From: Stegostoma tigrinum
Taxonomy: Eukaryota
Length of the DNA stretch: 64,000 nucleotides
NCBI RefSeq assembly: GCF_030684315.1
Contig: NC_081396.1
Span: forward strand, 2,790,001 to 2,854,000
Direction of reading: 5' to 3'
Shown here: piece after piece, positions 61,290-64,000 of the stretch
Layout of the letters: each line of letters begins with the position of its first letter
How positions within the stretch are numbered: the first letter of the stretch is position 1
The notes under the pieces: generated by a model
Databases searched by the model: none
Told to the model about the DNA's origin: nothing
The model's input: only the letters and a program-made list of their open reading frames with translations
Made by a program: the position numbers and the translations under genes

Positions 61290-64000
61290 ATGGTGACCAG
61301 ATATCCTAAATTAATCTAGTCCTATTTGACAGCATTTGGCCCATATTTCTCTGAACATTTCCTATTCATGTACCCATCCAGATGCCTTTTAAATGTTTTA
61401 ATTGTTCCCACCTTCAGCACTTCCTCTGGCAGCTCATTCCATTAAGGTTCCACCCTCTGCATGAAAAAGTTGACCCTTAGGTCCTATTTATTTCTTTCCT
61501 CTCTCACCTTAAACCCATATCCTCTAGTTTTGGTCTACCCTACCCTGGGAAAAAGATCTCGGCTATTCACCCTTGCATAATTTCATAAACCTTTATAAAT
61601 TCACCCCTCAGCCTCTGCCATTTCAGGGAAAATAGCCTCAGCCTATTCAGCTTTTCCCTATAGCTCAAACCCTCCAACCCCAGCAACATGCTTGTAAATT
61701 GCTTCAGAACACTGAAATTTATCAACACTTTCCTACAGCAGGGAGACTAGTATTAAACGTAGTATGCAAAATTTTGTCCAACTAATGTCCTGTACAGCTG
61801 CAACATGGCATCCCAACTCCTGTACTCAATGCAATGACCAATGAAGGAAAGCATACCAAATGCCTTCTTCACTACCCTGTCTACCTGCGACTCCACCTTC
61901 AAGAAACTATGAACCCACATCAAAGATCTCTTTGCTTGGCAGCACTCCCCAGGACCTTGCCATTAAGTGTATTTAGTCCTGCCATGATTTGCCTCATCAA
62001 AATGCAACACCTCACATTTATCTATATTAAACTACATCTCCTCAGCCTATCAGCATATCTGATCAAGGTCCCATTGTACACTGAGATAGCCTTCTTTACT
62101 GTCCACTGTACAGTCAATTTTGGTGTTACCTGCAAACTTATCTGCAAACATTCCTTCTACATTCATGCTGAAATCATTTATATAAATGACAAAAATCCGT
62201 GGATCCAGCACTGATCCTTGCGGCACAGCACGGGTCACAGGCCTCCGCTCTAAACAGCATCCGTCCACCAGCATCCTGTCTCCTCCCTTCAAGTAAATTG
62301 TGTATCAAATAGCTAGCTCTCCCGGGATTCCACATGATCTTGTCGAACTGAAGTCCCTATTGACAACGTCCATGGTTGTACCTTCAGCAATCTTCTTTGT
62401 CACTTCTTCAAAAAGTTCAATCAAGCTTGTGAGACATGATTTCCGATACACAAAGCCATTAATCAGTCCTTGCCTTCCAAAAACACACAGTTGCTGTCCC
62501 TCAGAATCCCCTCCAACAACTCATCCACCACTGGTGCCAGGCTCACCGGTCTATAGTTCCGACCTTTCCTAACCACCTTTCTGAAATAATGGCACCACAT
62601 TAACCATTCTCCAGCCTTCCAGTACCTCATCCACGGTTATTGAAGATACAAATATCTCAGCAAGGGGCCCAGCAATCATTTCCCAATGATTTATCCATCT
62701 GTTTGCATTTAAGACATCCAGCACTTACTTCTCTGTAAATATGAACACTTGTCAAGATATCACTGCTTATTTCTCCAATTTATCTAGCTTCCATATCCTT
62801 CTCCTCATTTAGTATCTCACGCGGGTCCTTTGGTTCTACACATAGACGGCCTTGTTAACATTTCGGAGCCCAAATTCTCTCCCTAGTTACCATTTTCCAT
62901 TAATGTATTTGTAGAATCTCTTTGGATTCTCCATTTGCTGGAGCTATCTTTTGTCCCATTTTTGCCCTCTTGAGTATACTCCACCTGGACTTATAATTCT
63001 TGATGAATTCACTCAATCCCAATGGTCTTTACCTGCCATATACCTCCCACTTTTTCTTGATCTGAGCCTCAATTTCCCCAGTCTTGCAAAATTCCTCGCA
63101 CTTACCAGCTTTACCCTTCACACTACTAGGAACATATTGCCTCTGGACTCTCATTATCTCATTTTTGAAGAACTCCCACTTTCCAACTGCCCCTTTACTT
63201 GCCAATAGCCTTTCCCAATCAGCTTTTGAAACTTCTTGCCCAATAACATCAAAAATTGGCCTTACTCCAATTTAAGACTATAATTTTTAGTTCAGGTCTA
63301 TCCTTTTCCATATCTGTTTTAAACCTAATAGAATTATATTCACTGGCCTCACACTATTCTCCCACTGACATCTCAGTCACTTGCCCTGCCTTATTTCCCA
63401 AGAGAAGGTCAAATTTTGCTCCTTCTCTAGTAGGTTCATCCACATACTGAATAAGATATTTTTTCCTGTACACACTTAACAAATTCCTCTCCATCCAATC
63501 CTTTAACACTACAGCAGTCCCAGTCTATGTTTGGCAAGTTAAAATCCCCAACCATTACAACCCTCTCATTTCTACATATATCTGAGATATCCTTATAATT
63601 GCAGGGGCCTACAGTACAGTTCCAATAAGAAGACAGTCCTTTTCTTACTTCACAGTTCCACCCAAATAACTTCCCTGAATGTACCCCCAGGAACATCCTC
63701 TCTAAGTACAGCTGTAATGTTATCCCTAACAAAAAACACCCCTCCCCCTCCTCTCTTGCAACCCCCCTCCTTTCTATCCTTCCTGTAGTATCTACATGCT
63801 GGAACATTAATCTGCCAGTCCCACTCTTCCCTGAGCAACATTTCCATCATTGCTATGATATACCAGTCCCATGTTCCCAACCATGCCCTGATTTAATCTG
63901 CCTTACCTGTAAGGCCTCTTGTGTTGAAATAAATGCAGTTGAATTTATTCATCTTACCTCATTCTCTGCCTCGCTGTTGCCTGCCTTGACTGTTTGACTT
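61290..64000 (-). mobile_element. Decayed CR1 LINE ORF2
   Basis: AVPQGSVLDPRIFVIYIND, KFAGNTK and RVVMVGDFNLPNIDW. It runs off the end of the window. Confidence 0.88.

Overview
Vertebrate genomic DNA from a cartilaginous fish (shark-type Ig heavy-chain exons, shark-type CR1 and Penelope repeats). The window has four parts. (1) 1.9-8.3 kb: the 3' half of an apparently open IgW/IgNAR-type heavy-chain constant gene, with three C-domain exons, a secretory tail and TM1/TM2. IgW fits better from memory. The tailpiece is unusually extended and the cytoplasmic tail reads KVT. (2) 10-27 kb: a retroelement pile-up, including a young CR1 with an intact ORF2, older CR1 copies and Penelope elements. (3) 18.7-39.4 kb: a graveyard of about 10 tRNA pseudogenes. 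A convergent tRNA-Thr/tRNA-Glu cassette recurs three times, and two inverted copies bracket an orphan, pseudogenised duplicate of the Ig 3' region (about 31.0-37.2 kb). (4) 39.8-64 kb: a C2H2 zinc-finger cluster (one intact 413-aa ORF, three relics, two related CpG promoters), a 569-bp solo LTR, fold-back elements, minisatellites and further LINE debris. Penelope-derived fold-back elements with minimal hammerhead ribozyme cores and 13-15 bp target duplications occur throughout. All alignments were done by eye and no database searches were run.
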